This document shows, in pieces, positions 14,186-46,400 of a DNA stretch of 64,000 bases. The notes under the pieces were generated by a model. It saw only the letters and a list, made by a program, of their open reading frames with translations, ran no database searches and was not told where the DNA came from. Position 1 is the stretch's first letter, and each line of letters starts with the position of its first letter. The position numbers were made by a program, and so were the translations under genes. This DNA comes from Podarcis bocagei (Eukaryota). The DNA lies in NCBI GenBank assembly GCA_964188305.1, contig OZ076889.1. One strand, 5' to 3'.

Positions 14186-14806
14186 TATTAAAAACACAAA
14201 AACAAGACCAGGACAACACATTTAAGGGTGTAGGCATGGCTGTCCCAAATTAAGAACAGATCGGGGAAATTCACATCAATAACCCTCTTCCAAAAAGATT
14301 CCAGTTTCTACAAGTCTTAAAAATTTAATCTGAAAGTGGGGTTGCATGGTCGAACAGTTTTAGAGTTAAAAGAATTTCATATAATAGATCATACTCTGGT
14401 GCAGCTACATGCCTCCTCCTTTCCAACTCCCAGTTTCACAGTTTTTTGCAAATAAAGGAGAAAATTCATGTGTGTGGTGTTCACAGCTGACACAGGCCAT
14501 GTGTCTTCATACTAAGCTATCCTTGTACAAGTAGGACATCTTCAAAAAGAAGCAGCTCTTAATAGCAATAACATTTAAAAAAGGAAAATAAATGGAAACT
14601 GCTAATTTTGGCAAACTAGCATCTTGAATAATTGCAAGGCGCACACACAACCAAGTATTAATTGTAAAAAAACAGAAAAAAATATTCCAACATTTGTGAT
14701 GTTCCACACAGCAGAGTTTTTCTAAACATTTCTGGCATTTGTAAACAGTTGCACTAAGTCATTTGGTTAAATTTATGAAACTGATCATTTGATATATAAT
14801 TTGAGT

Positions 14807-14939
14807 TTTATTTTCAAATAATAATTTGATAAATGTGCCAATTCATTAGTGATTAAGTCAGCACCATAATTCTTCAGCAGGCAATCGCTTGGTGCAAATG
14901 CTTCATATTATGCAAATCAAGATCTGGATTTATTTTATT
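14807..14939 (-). terminator. LRRC40: Candidate LRRC40 polyA signals
   Basis: Minus-strand AATAAA (tttatt) at 14807-14812, 14929-14934 and 14934-14939, 0.5-0.6 kb after the stop codon. Confidence 0.4.
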
Positions 14940-15433
14940 TTGGGGGCAGCCCTTTTTTGGTGACCTTAAAATTAGCTAAAAGAAAAGGAAATTTAAAACA
15001 GGATTAAAAAAAAATTAACACAATAGCACAATTCTAACCATATCCAATTTTGGATAACGTACAGTACCTGTTCATATAGAATATGTCGGTTAAGAAGAGA
15101 TCAGATGGGCACATGGATACAGCTATCAATAATTCCTAGATGGTAGCAGTATTTTTACAATCATGTCATGATCAGGGGAATTGCTGCTGGACGAATAGAA
15201 CCATCTATCAGTAACCTACCCATACACCATACAAGTATGTACGCAAGCATAGTTTGAACTGGAGGCATGCAAGGTAAGAGTCCTTTGTGAAATAGCTCTT
15301 AAAAAGTGACCACAGCATATGCACTCAGCTTATGCTAAACGAAGCAAATAGTTCTTATGTATAAGGACTTCGATCTTCATGCTTCAGAAGGTAAGATCTT
15401 GCACACATTTCAGTTCAAACCAAGCACAACAGA

Positions 15434-35691
<20,258 letters not shown>

Positions 35692-37345
35692 GGTCTCTGC
35701 CGACCCGCTCGGTTGCCCGCACCGGCTGAGCCCCTCGGAGCGCGGCGCAATGCCGGGTTGAAACGCGGGCCCGCCCGCCTTTGCTCGCGTCGTAGGCGGT
35801 TGGCGCCTCCTCTTCCGCGCGGGGAGGGGAGCGGCCTCAGAGGAAAGGTCTGGCTGAGCTCCCGTCAGAGCTTTAGCTGAGCCGGGACTTGCTTTTTTAT
35901 TTTAACCGGGAAGCACAGCAAGATGGCTATTGAGTATATGTCGGCGGCTTTTCTCCCTGAAAGTATGCACGCTGAAGTCATAAATAAGAAGAGCCTGTGT
36001 AGTTGGTGGACTGAGTGGCAGAACTCACTGAGCCGCCCCACCGAATGGCCCTTGGGCAAAATGAAGCGTGCGTGCAAGATGCAAATTTAGTATCTAGAGA
36101 CGAAGGTCTCCCAAGCCTAAGGTGCGACTCCCAGGCAGGCATCGCCTCAGCTTTTTACGAATGAAACGCTGTTTATTCCGCTCACCATTTCCTAAGAGGC
36201 TGTTCTGAGCCTGTGGAAGAGTTCTGATATACAAGTCGTGTTATAAACGACATTCCGACTCTAGGAATAACTTTATACATGAGCAACTCAGGCTAGCATC
36301 TGACGAAGTAAGACTGTAGTCCACAATGTGCGGACATTGGGTTGCACCATTATTTATTTATTTCCAGTTTCGATAAGCATCGGATGTTTTTTACAATCCC
36401 AGTGTGGGAAACAAAGTACCGGTAATAACAAGGAAGCAAAACGAGATACAAACATTGCAAAAATGATATAAACAGGTCCTACGAACAACTCAACATTTCT
36501 ATTGTAAGGTTAAACAAGAAAGCTATAGCAACAAAATTGCTATTGCCAATTTAACCAAACACCCAGGTACTGTATAAAGAAACAAATCATTCAAACTGAA
36601 TAAACAACCAATGGTATTAGCAAACTCCTCTGTTCCCTCTCTCTGTTGCTTTTGAGTTAACTTAACATGCATCTTCCCCCTACCCTTAATGAATACTTAG
36701 TCCAGCTTTCTGTCTAATGGCTGCTAAACAACCCAAGGAGCTTGTAATGCGAATGGACCCTGCTGCAAATTAAACACACAGAGAGATAAACAGATAGAGA
36801 GAGATAAGACTTGTTCACTCCAGTTAGCCTTGTCCAAAAGCTAAGACAGCTCACAACCCCAGCCTTAGCAAATACAGTAGCAAAGCGTTCAACGCGACAC
36901 GCCTCTGCAGAAAACCTAAGCGCGATTACCGCTTCGAAACCAAAGGCACATCCGACGCATGCGCAACAAAGTGTTCTAAGGAACCCACACACACGCGCGC
37001 TCCGCAAAGAATCAGCGGGAGTGGGCATGCGCAGGCCGCTAGTTCTGCGTGTCTACCGCGGCTGGGCGGCTTGCTTTGAGCAGGCGCAGGACTGAAAAGG
37101 CTCTTGCGCCGAGGCGGCGCGGGGTAGGGCCGCGGAGGGTTGTGGGATATTGCGGCCCAGGCTGGTTGGTGGCGAAACGATCGCTCGGCGGCAGTTAGTT
37201 GCGTGCGTGACGGGACTGCGATAGCTCGACGGGAAGCACTGAGGGACACAAGGAGGAGGCCACCGTCCGGTTCTCCAGGGTCGTGGCGACCCCCTCTCCC
37301 CTCGATGTGTTTGTAGTGACGGGGGCAGGAGGAGGAGGTAGCGCG

Positions 37346-37473
37346 ATGGCTTCAAGCAGCGGCACCGACGTGATCCAGGTCACCAACGTCTCCCCGAGCG
37401 CCAGCTCCGAACAGATGCGGACTCTCTTCGGCTTCCTGGGCAAGATCGAGGAGCTGCGCCTCTTCCCTCCCGA
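37346..37473 (+). CDS. SRSF11: SRSF11 coding exon 1
   Basis: GCGATGG Kozak; MASSSGTDVIQVTNVSPSASSEQMRTLFGFLGKIEELRLFPP; donor GA|GTGAGT. Confidence 0.92.
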
Positions 37474-40400
37474 GTGAGTCTCGCGCGGACGCCCCCTCAG
37501 GGGCCGCTTATGGCCGCCGCAGTCGCGCCTCATACAGGCCTAGGCCGCAGGGTGGCCTAGTGGAGGCCGCGGAGCCTCGCGCTCGGCTGCTTCCGAGCGC
37601 GGCGCGCCTACCAGGCCCAAATTGGTGGGGGCGACGACGGAGGAGGAGGAGCAGCTGGGCGCGAGGTTGCGAAGGCCGCCATTCTCAAAGCCATGGTCTC
37701 GCCTCACCATCTTGCGCTCATGGAACTACAGTTGTTCCCCCCCGCCATTACACTTCTCTTCAGGGGGCGAAAGCGACGCCATTAGTCGCTTCGCGTTCCT
37801 TTCCCCAGCCGCCTCTTTGAGACGTAATTTAAAGCCGGGTTTGAAGCAGGTAGAAAAGGGTATCGTGGCGAGTACTTCGCCGTGGACCTGCAAGGGTTTC
37901 TTAACTCCCAAGTTGTTTAATAGGAAAGGAACAATGGAGTGACTTCTGCCACCACAGTTAAGCTGGCGAAATGAAGAGAAGTTAATCTGTAGTGGACTTT
38001 GCTGTGTGTAAGGACCGTGCGCTCAACTTCGTTCAGTTTAGGATGTGCTCAAAGAGGGTCGTCCCCCCCATTTGTAATTGTGCACAAGCTCCGTGTTTTT
38101 GGTTTTTTTTCCTAAGCCAGGTGACTGAAAATGCTGAAATTAGCCCAATCCTTCAGCTGAGCGTAATTTATGGAGACAGTAACACATTGATTGATTTATT
38201 AAATACACGTGCTGCTCTACCAGAGGAGCCCAAATTTATATTTGCACCAACAAATGTTCACAATATGTTATATGAACTGTACTGTGAACACCCCTTGAAC
38301 TTGATAAGCGTATTTATTGTATAAAAGGCGCCTTTATTTACACTTCTGGCGAGTGATTTTCCTTACTGGCACTATTTCACTGATGATTCTTGTTACCTGG
38401 TTTAGCATGGCCGTATAGTGCAAGTTGCAACGTTACATATACACACTAGCAAGAGGTTTGTGTGACACCAGTCCCATTTTATGCTACCTACAAACCATAC
38501 AGTTTAATTTTTAAAGTTAACATGCACTGATAATGCTGAAAAGCAGTAATCTATACTGTCTGCAATTTTTTCAAAAAATAAGGTTATGTTGGTTCTGCTG
38601 GTTTGTAAATGAAACCTGGGAGCAGGAGAACATTGGTAAGGGACAGCGCCTCCATATTATTGCTTTTAGAGTTCTCCAGGAGTTTGAGGGCAAAGATCTG
38701 AAGTGGGGAACCTCCTCAATAAGTGCCCTGCAATGTGCAGTCCTGACTAAAATCCCAAGTACTTTATACACTTTGGTTTTGCAAATGTTAGTCATGTGGA
38801 AGTTTAGTTTTAAAAAATACAGTAGACAATGCAAGATTGACTTCAGCCAACCTTCCTTGCTCTAGAGCTCTATTATTTGTCTGATAGGGTGTAAAAACCA
38901 TGTGTAAATCATATTTATACCTGCTGTGACTAAACAAGTTCTGTCTTGTCACCACCTGCCATAGTTCATTTCTGTGAGCCACATCTGTACATAATATTAA
39001 TTCTCAGCCTCATCAATTAGTGTTTTCTGTCGATTAAGCTAAGGCTGCAATCCTATATACTCACTTACCTGAGAGCAAGTCCTAGTGAACTCAGTAGGAC
39101 TTACTTTAAGTAGACATTAAAGGATTATTTTGTAAGACTGGAATATACGTACACTTGTGAGGGAGTATATTTTAGAAATAGGCAGTAGAATGTGTTTTTC
39201 TGGAAAATGTAATAATACTATAAATTGATTGATACCTTGATTTGACATGTTTGAGTTACAGTTAGTAAATACAACTTTTTAAAAGTATGGATTGTTTTCA
39301 AGGCTGCATCAGTTGGGTATCCCCCAACCCTGGAGGGGTGATTAGATTCTCTTGCATGCATGGAAGTCCCTTGCTTCAGCAGAGCTAAGGTGTTGGATCT
39401 GGCCCTAGGTCATATTAGTCTTACATGCTGAAATACTCTGTTAGGGAAACATTAAGCAAAATGCAGTTATGCTGCAATCCTAAGCACACTTATCAGGGAG
39501 TAAGCACCGTTAGCTAGAATGGAATTTACTTCAAAATAAATAAGTACAAGTTCAAACACATTCAAAATTTTACTTGGAGATTGTTTTTATTGGATTCAGT
39601 TACTCATAAATGTCTTAGGATAGGACTTGGGAACTCAATAGCATGTACTTCACTTGTTTAAATGTTAAGGAAAGTAATATAGGTTTCACACGTCTCAATA
39701 TTTAGGGCAACAGTATGTTCCATTGAAAATAAGTGTATATGAATTTAAAACTATGCGTGGTATATAATGATATAATTATGTGTTTATTTAAAACACTACT
39801 ATACCACCCTTCATCAGTAATACTGGGGTATTTTAACAGGATAATACTATTCCAATAAGAGCAATACAATAAAGTACATTACAGTCCATAGTGGACCAGC
39901 CAGATCATGCCCAGGCTCCATATTAACAGCCCACAAATAGGCATTTATTGAAGAGTGAAGAGGTAGGTCTCTAGATAACATTGAAAGCCCATCAGAATTA
40001 TTGCTTGTTTTATTTTGGGGGATGGGGAGCCACATACTTAGAAGCTGGGCACAACGATGGAAAAAGCCTTCTTGATAATAACAAGATTCAGTTCAGCAGA
40101 CTACAACACAAGTGGGAGGGCTTTATAAAAGTGCTTAGCACTCAGACAAGTCTATGATATCCAACTCCAAAGCTGTTTATATTTAATGTGCTTCTTGTGG
40201 ATAGTAACCTAGACAAAGTTCATTAAAACTTTAAAATTGCCCAGTTTGACTGATACTAGGTCCATTATTTTACTAATTAATTTCAGGAAGCAGAAGGTGT
40301 ATTGTTAGAAGTGAAGAAATGTTCTGCTACATTTCATCCGGGATAAACCTTCTAGCAACCTCTGTGGGTTGAAAAATATGTTTGTTCCAAATTAGCCCAG

Positions 40401-43400
40401 ACTAGGTGCATGACAGAATCCCGTGTCAGTCACCTATTCCTGCTTTTGAAATCTATCTGCAACTAAATTTAGATGGTGAAGGGAAATTGAAATGATGAAT
40501 TTTCTACCTTTACCACTAGATGTCTCTTCCTCCAGAGATAAAGGTATTGTGCTGCTGCCCAAATGATGCCCTAGTATGGTATACACATCTATTGTGCAGC
40601 TGTGTATGACCTTATTTTGTAATAGCGTCTCTTGATTATTATTTTTTTGCATGTAGTGACAGCCAGCAAACCATACCCATCAGATCTCTTGCCTCTTGTG
40701 GCTGCTACATTTAATGGCAATGTAGTATAATATGAAAATAAAATACCATTACAACTCACTTTCAGTTTCATCTTCAGTCAAGTAATTCAATGATTTTGTT
40801 GGTCTTGCATTTAATATTCTTCCAATTTTTTTCCTTTCTAGTGACTCCCCTTTGCCTGTTTCTTCCCGTGTGTGTTTTGTAAAGTTCCAAGAACCTGACT
40901 CCGCAGTTGTGGCTCAGCATCTGACAAATACTGTATTCGTTGACAGAGCGTTGATAGTCGTACCATATGCAGAAGGTTTGTGAATTGTTTAATGATCTAT
41001 GAAGCCATAGAATAATGGTACTAAATCCTGATGTAGCTTAATAGCATGAAGTTTAGCACGTAAAACATTGAAGCTGTTTACCTATTTAAAACCCTTGGTA
41101 TACTGACACTGCTTGCTTTTATCCAAAAGTGAAACAATTAATTATTCAAGCAAAAGCTGGAACTTGCCTGTCAGTCTTTTTGCAAAGGCATTTAGAATAT
41201 TGATATGTTTAAGCAGCATTATTTGAATTTTTGTTTCATCAGGCCCCTTCAAGATAAGCAGTCTTTTAAAACTGATACATTTAAACAAGATAACTTGCAT
41301 TAAGTAACTTGGCATGTGTTGTCGTATGATTCATTCTCATAGAGAGTGAGTGGAAATGTGCTGCCAGTTACAAGGCAAAGTTCTGTTTACTGTAGTTGAC
41401 AATAATAATAAAAAAATACCCTCAGTACAAATTCTGGTACACCAAGGGTTTGATCTCAATTAGACAGAAAATATATCCAAAGGTGCTAAATGAGCACTGG
41501 GTGTTAGATCTTATTCCGCATTTTCTTGTTCAGCCTTGCTATATTATCTAGAATTTCACTAAATAATAAACTCTTCTCTCTGTTATTTGTGTGTGTGATT
41601 TTTGTAGTGGAGAAGGCAAATGCAAAGGCCCTTCCAGATGACTGAAACAGTGGGGTCCTCTGCAGCTACAGGGGATTCTAGACATTAACTAAAGGCCAGC
41701 AAGCACTCAAGTCCCCAAGTGTTTTCCTGGTGTAATCACTTGTTAACAACATTTTTTTCTCTTCTTTTTCTTACATTTTTAGGGTGTTACAGTAATTTGA
41801 AACCAATGAGCAGGGTTTGGGAACATAATTCAATAATTCAGTACCAAGAAGACTGCTCTTCTAACGAGTTCTATTAAACTTCTGTAGATTTCATCACAAC
41901 TATTTCAAATGCACCATTAATTGATAAACTAGTTAAATCGCTTGATTACAGTAAAATATGTGTAGTCTTGCACTTAATTCCTGCACTCACAGGCAGCTGG
42001 ATCTCATGGAGGTCAGTGGGATTTAAGCAGCCTAACTATGCAAGATTGTAGCGCAAGTCTTACCATTACCTGTTTTTATAAAAATATGTTTACACATTAA
42101 CAAGGCAGAGGAATATGCAGTGTGCAGACCTGGCAAAGACCTAGTTGTAGGATATTCCTCACTGAAGCTATAAGTAGTGTAAACAACTTTTAATCCTGAT
42201 CAGTTTTAAATTTCAGAGTAGAATATTTTTAGAATGTAATTGCTTCTGCTTTAGTTTGGACAAAATAACAATTGAGATATAATTGTTCTTGCATGAACAT
42301 CTACATATCAGGGCCAAACTAGATATGACAGTCTTTGCATTTAAACATAGACTTTCCCCAGTCACATAGAAAGAGCAGTTTGGAAGTTGATCTAGAACAG
42401 TTAAAGAACTGAAGTGCACAGAATCCTTCCTGTGCCTGCAGCTTAACTTCCTTGCAATCTGTCCCTCTGTGTTTTTATCCTTATCTGAGCTCTGATGCTG
42501 AAAATATGCTCAATGTTTGCAGAAAGGGGCTGTGGGGAGGTAAGAGCAGGTTGCGGTAGGTTTCAGGGGCTCTCACAGTTTTGCTTTTATTATTAAAAAT
42601 GGACCCGGACACCCTTTTTATGTGATTGGGGGAGGACTGCTGCACTCATATCTAGTTTGGCTCTAATAGCAGCAGTCCTGCCCTGTCAATTTCATCAAGA
42701 CTTAATTTGGCTCCTACAGAATCACCATGTTTTAAGCGTTTAATATTTTTATCTTTGAAAATACAATGTTCATTGTGCTAGAAAGATAAATCTGGCACTA
42801 AGAAATCAGCCAAATATATCACTTGAGAATCTCTTGAAATTTGTTTAATGCAACTTAAGTAGCTATTATTGACAGGGCCTCAATTTGGTGGTGTAGGATA
42901 TGTGTACAGCTGTGTAATTTGTGCGAGAACTATAATTGTGGACACAGTACTGTATAAGAATACTAGGGGTTTTTTCTGTGAACTTGAACTACTTTGTTCT
43001 TGCAATTCTTCCACGTCTATGGAATCAAACAAACTACTCATCAGTGGTTCATATTGCAAGAACCCCATTTCTGCTAGGTACTTAAGCATCATTCAGTGAG
43101 GTATTTCAAATTGAGTGGGATTGTTCATATGCATTGAACCACATGCTTAAGTACTCTGCTGAATTTAGATCTTGATTTTTAACTAGTGGTGATGGGTTTA
43201 ACATTACCTAACTGGAAGTATTAAAATACTTTACTGTGCTAATCACAGCTCCCTGTATCACTTACATTCCTGTTCTTTGTGTGTTCATATATCTTGGTGT
43301 TGGCTATTGCTTTGTGTTCTAGACTTACACAAAGTTCACGGTAAGGCATAGTACTATAAACTTCACTATGAAATTCAAGGATTTGGAAGGAACTCAGGTA

Positions 43401-46400
43401 TTAACAGTGCCTTTGGGTGGGGTTGTGTAGGTTCTTTGGTTAATGTTTGTTTATTTTGTCTGTTTCTTTTTCTTCATTTCTACACATTCATGCAGTATTT
43501 CATGGTTCTAACAAAGCAGCAGTAAAAAACACTTGACGCATGAAAATTAACTGGTGAGGGGCCTCATTGCTTTTTTAAAAATTGTAGTTTTATTTCTGAA
43601 TAACTTTTTTCCTAAAAATGAGAGGATCAGATGCATGACTACTTAATGGATGCAGATCTTCTATGAGGTGTCTCAGGATAAGAGGATTTTTAGTTAGATG
43701 CCAGAAATGTTATAGTTGCACTATTTGTGTGTAAACATAAATAATATCCTCTGAGACATAATTTTGCATGCAAAATTATCCCATAATCTCTATAGATAAT
43801 GTTTATATTGATGCATTAATGCCCTGTATCTAAATGACCTTCCCCCCTTTTCCCACCATAACTTTTGGTATTGAAATTATGACAGCTCAGTGACAGAAGA
43901 AAGATAACAGTGCTGTGTNNNNNNNNNNNNNNNNNNNNNNNNNNNNNNNNNNNNNNNNNNNNNNNNNNNNNNNNNNNNNNNNNNNNNNNNNNNNNNNNNN
44001 NNNNNNNNNNNNNNNNNNNNNNNNNNNNNNNNNNNNNNNNNNNNNNNNNNNNNNNNNNNNNNNNNNNNNNNNNNNNNNNNNNNNNNNNNNNNNNNNNNNN
44101 NNNNNNNNNNNNNNNNNNNNNNNNNNNNNNNNNNNNNNNNNNNNNNNNNNNNNNNNNNNNNNTGTATTTCAGAAACGCTACTGGTATTTGCAAATATATA
44201 GTACAGTTGTCTTATTGAACTCTCATATTGGGGGCTTGGGCACATTAACAGATTAAGCCATACGTATAGGGCTTTTGCTGTTGGATAAAATTACAACGAT
44301 CAACATTACTCTTTGTCCCACATTGGACCTCTTTAGTAAGGTTATTCTCTATTCAGGTTAGGCAGTAAAACTAGTCCCTTGCAGGCTACAAGGCTGCAGA
44401 GCAGAAATTTCTCCTGAAATGGCAATATGCAGTAGCATTCTTGGTATAGTAAGCATGACAAACAGTGGAGCATGTACTTTACTGCACAGGTAAGGATTGT
44501 GCCAAAATTTAGGCATTTACATAAACACATACACATGGACACATATGCAGAACCTTTATTTGAAGCTCTGTGGAGACCTTCATATCCATGTGACATGTCA
44601 GCAAAAGCCCTACATTTTTTCTTACCTTCGCTTAAGATTTACAAAATTGTATGGTAGGTGTAAANNNNNNNNNNNNNNNNNNNNNNNNNNNNNNNNNNNN
44701 NNNNNNNNNNNNNNNNNNNNNNNNNNNNNNNNNNNNNNNNNNNNNNNNNNNNNNNNNNNNNNNNNNNNNNNNNNNNNNNNNNNNNNNNNNNNNNNNNNNN
44801 NNNNNNNNNNNNNNNNNNNNNNNNNNNNNNNNNNNNNNNNNNNNNNNNNNNNNNNNNNNNNNNNNNNNNNNNNNNNNNNNNNNNNNNNNNNNNNNNNNNN
44901 NNNNNNNNNNNNNNNNNNNNNNNNNNNNNNNNNNNNNNNNCCTTTTGTAGAGAAAAAGGAACAGTCAAATTTTCACACATTGAAGTTTCATTCTGGCATA
45001 CAAATTAATGATAAATTATTAAGAGATCAAACATTGTATTATAGCCAACATAAGTACTTGCAGCAAACTCAGGTGGTGTTTCAGGGAGACATTTTCTGGG
45101 TATATTTGTGTGTGTGGTTTTTAAAAAAATCAGTGATGAGTGTCTTCTAATGCAAAGCTGTCTCTCTGCAGGAGTTATTCCTGATGAGACTAAGGCTTTG
45201 TCTCTCCTGGCACCAGCTAACGCTGTGGCAGGTCTTCTGCCGGGGGGTGGACTCCTGCCTACACCCAACCCACTTTCTCAGGTAAGTATACATCTTACGA
45301 GATGTATGCTAGAATGTACAACTGCATATATCTGTATTTTCTGAGATAACACCCATTACACCAAAACAGAAAAAAAAATGTATAACAGGATTTTGGCAGG
45401 TAAGAATCCAGATAACCATGCCTCTCGTTTTAAAGAACTCTGGTTTGAAACTTGATTCATGGTTATGCTTTGAAAGATGTCCCATTTATTCATTAAAATA
45501 TAAAGTGGGAAGACATGCCAGGGGTGGGGAGATGAGCAGTTTTTGTAGTTGCAGAAGTGACTTTTGCAGTCTTCTGGGGTGTCCCCACTTCCAGTATAAC
45601 AGTGCGCCTTCATGAGCAGTTAGTTGAGAGGATTAGCTGGCTGCATAACAAGGTTGAAGAAAGACAGTTTTCAGGCAGGCAACAAGAACTATCACACTAA
45701 CACACAGTGTGATACTGGTAATGCTATTCTTATTTCTCACACAGCCTCCTCAATACTTTCCCTGCACTAGGACTGTACTGTGGAGGCTGGAGTTAATGAA
45801 AAAAGCTTTCTAACTTCAGAAGCCCATGTAGAGGAGTATTCTAAAAGCTAACTGTAGAGATTTTCATCAAAGCTATACAGAAGAAACCTCTGCTGTAGGT
45901 TTCAGAAAACTGCTTTCTTGGGGCTTCCAAAGGTCACTCTAGTCCTGCCCATGTTTTCTTGGATAAAACCCCTAAAATAGGTCTGTAGTCAATAAGTTTA
46001 GCAGCGCTAGATTCTGTCCATAATGGGATCTTGTTAAAAGTGTACAAGTAGTTTTAGTAGCAAGGCCGGCATTGAGCATAGGCTTGACCCTGTTCCATAT
46101 GGTAGTACGTCTGTTGCAGGCTAGAATGCCACAGAACCCAGCAACTTAATCACAGCTGCCTCTTAAACTTATTTTAAACTTGTTAGCGTGCTGTTGGTTA
46201 GACATCCATGAACTTGGACGGTCACCTGATCAAGTGATTAAACTTTCTTTAATTGTACAAGTTGCTGTTAGCTAATCAATTGATTAAATCTGCACCTGCA
46301 TAGATCAGTAGTACTTAAGAAGCAGAGCATTTTTTATGGATCAGGTTACTTGGAAGTAAGTCCCAATGATACAGACAATTAGTCTGCTTGGAAGTGCACA

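Noticed and set aside
42540-42725. H/ACA snoRNA hypothesis (hairpin followed by ACA near 42717)
   Set aside because: No convincing two-hairpin layout with an ANANNA hinge; kept only as an unexplained hairpin
43816-45150. Long ORFs in the track (up to 217 aa)
   Set aside because: Artefacts of translating through N gaps
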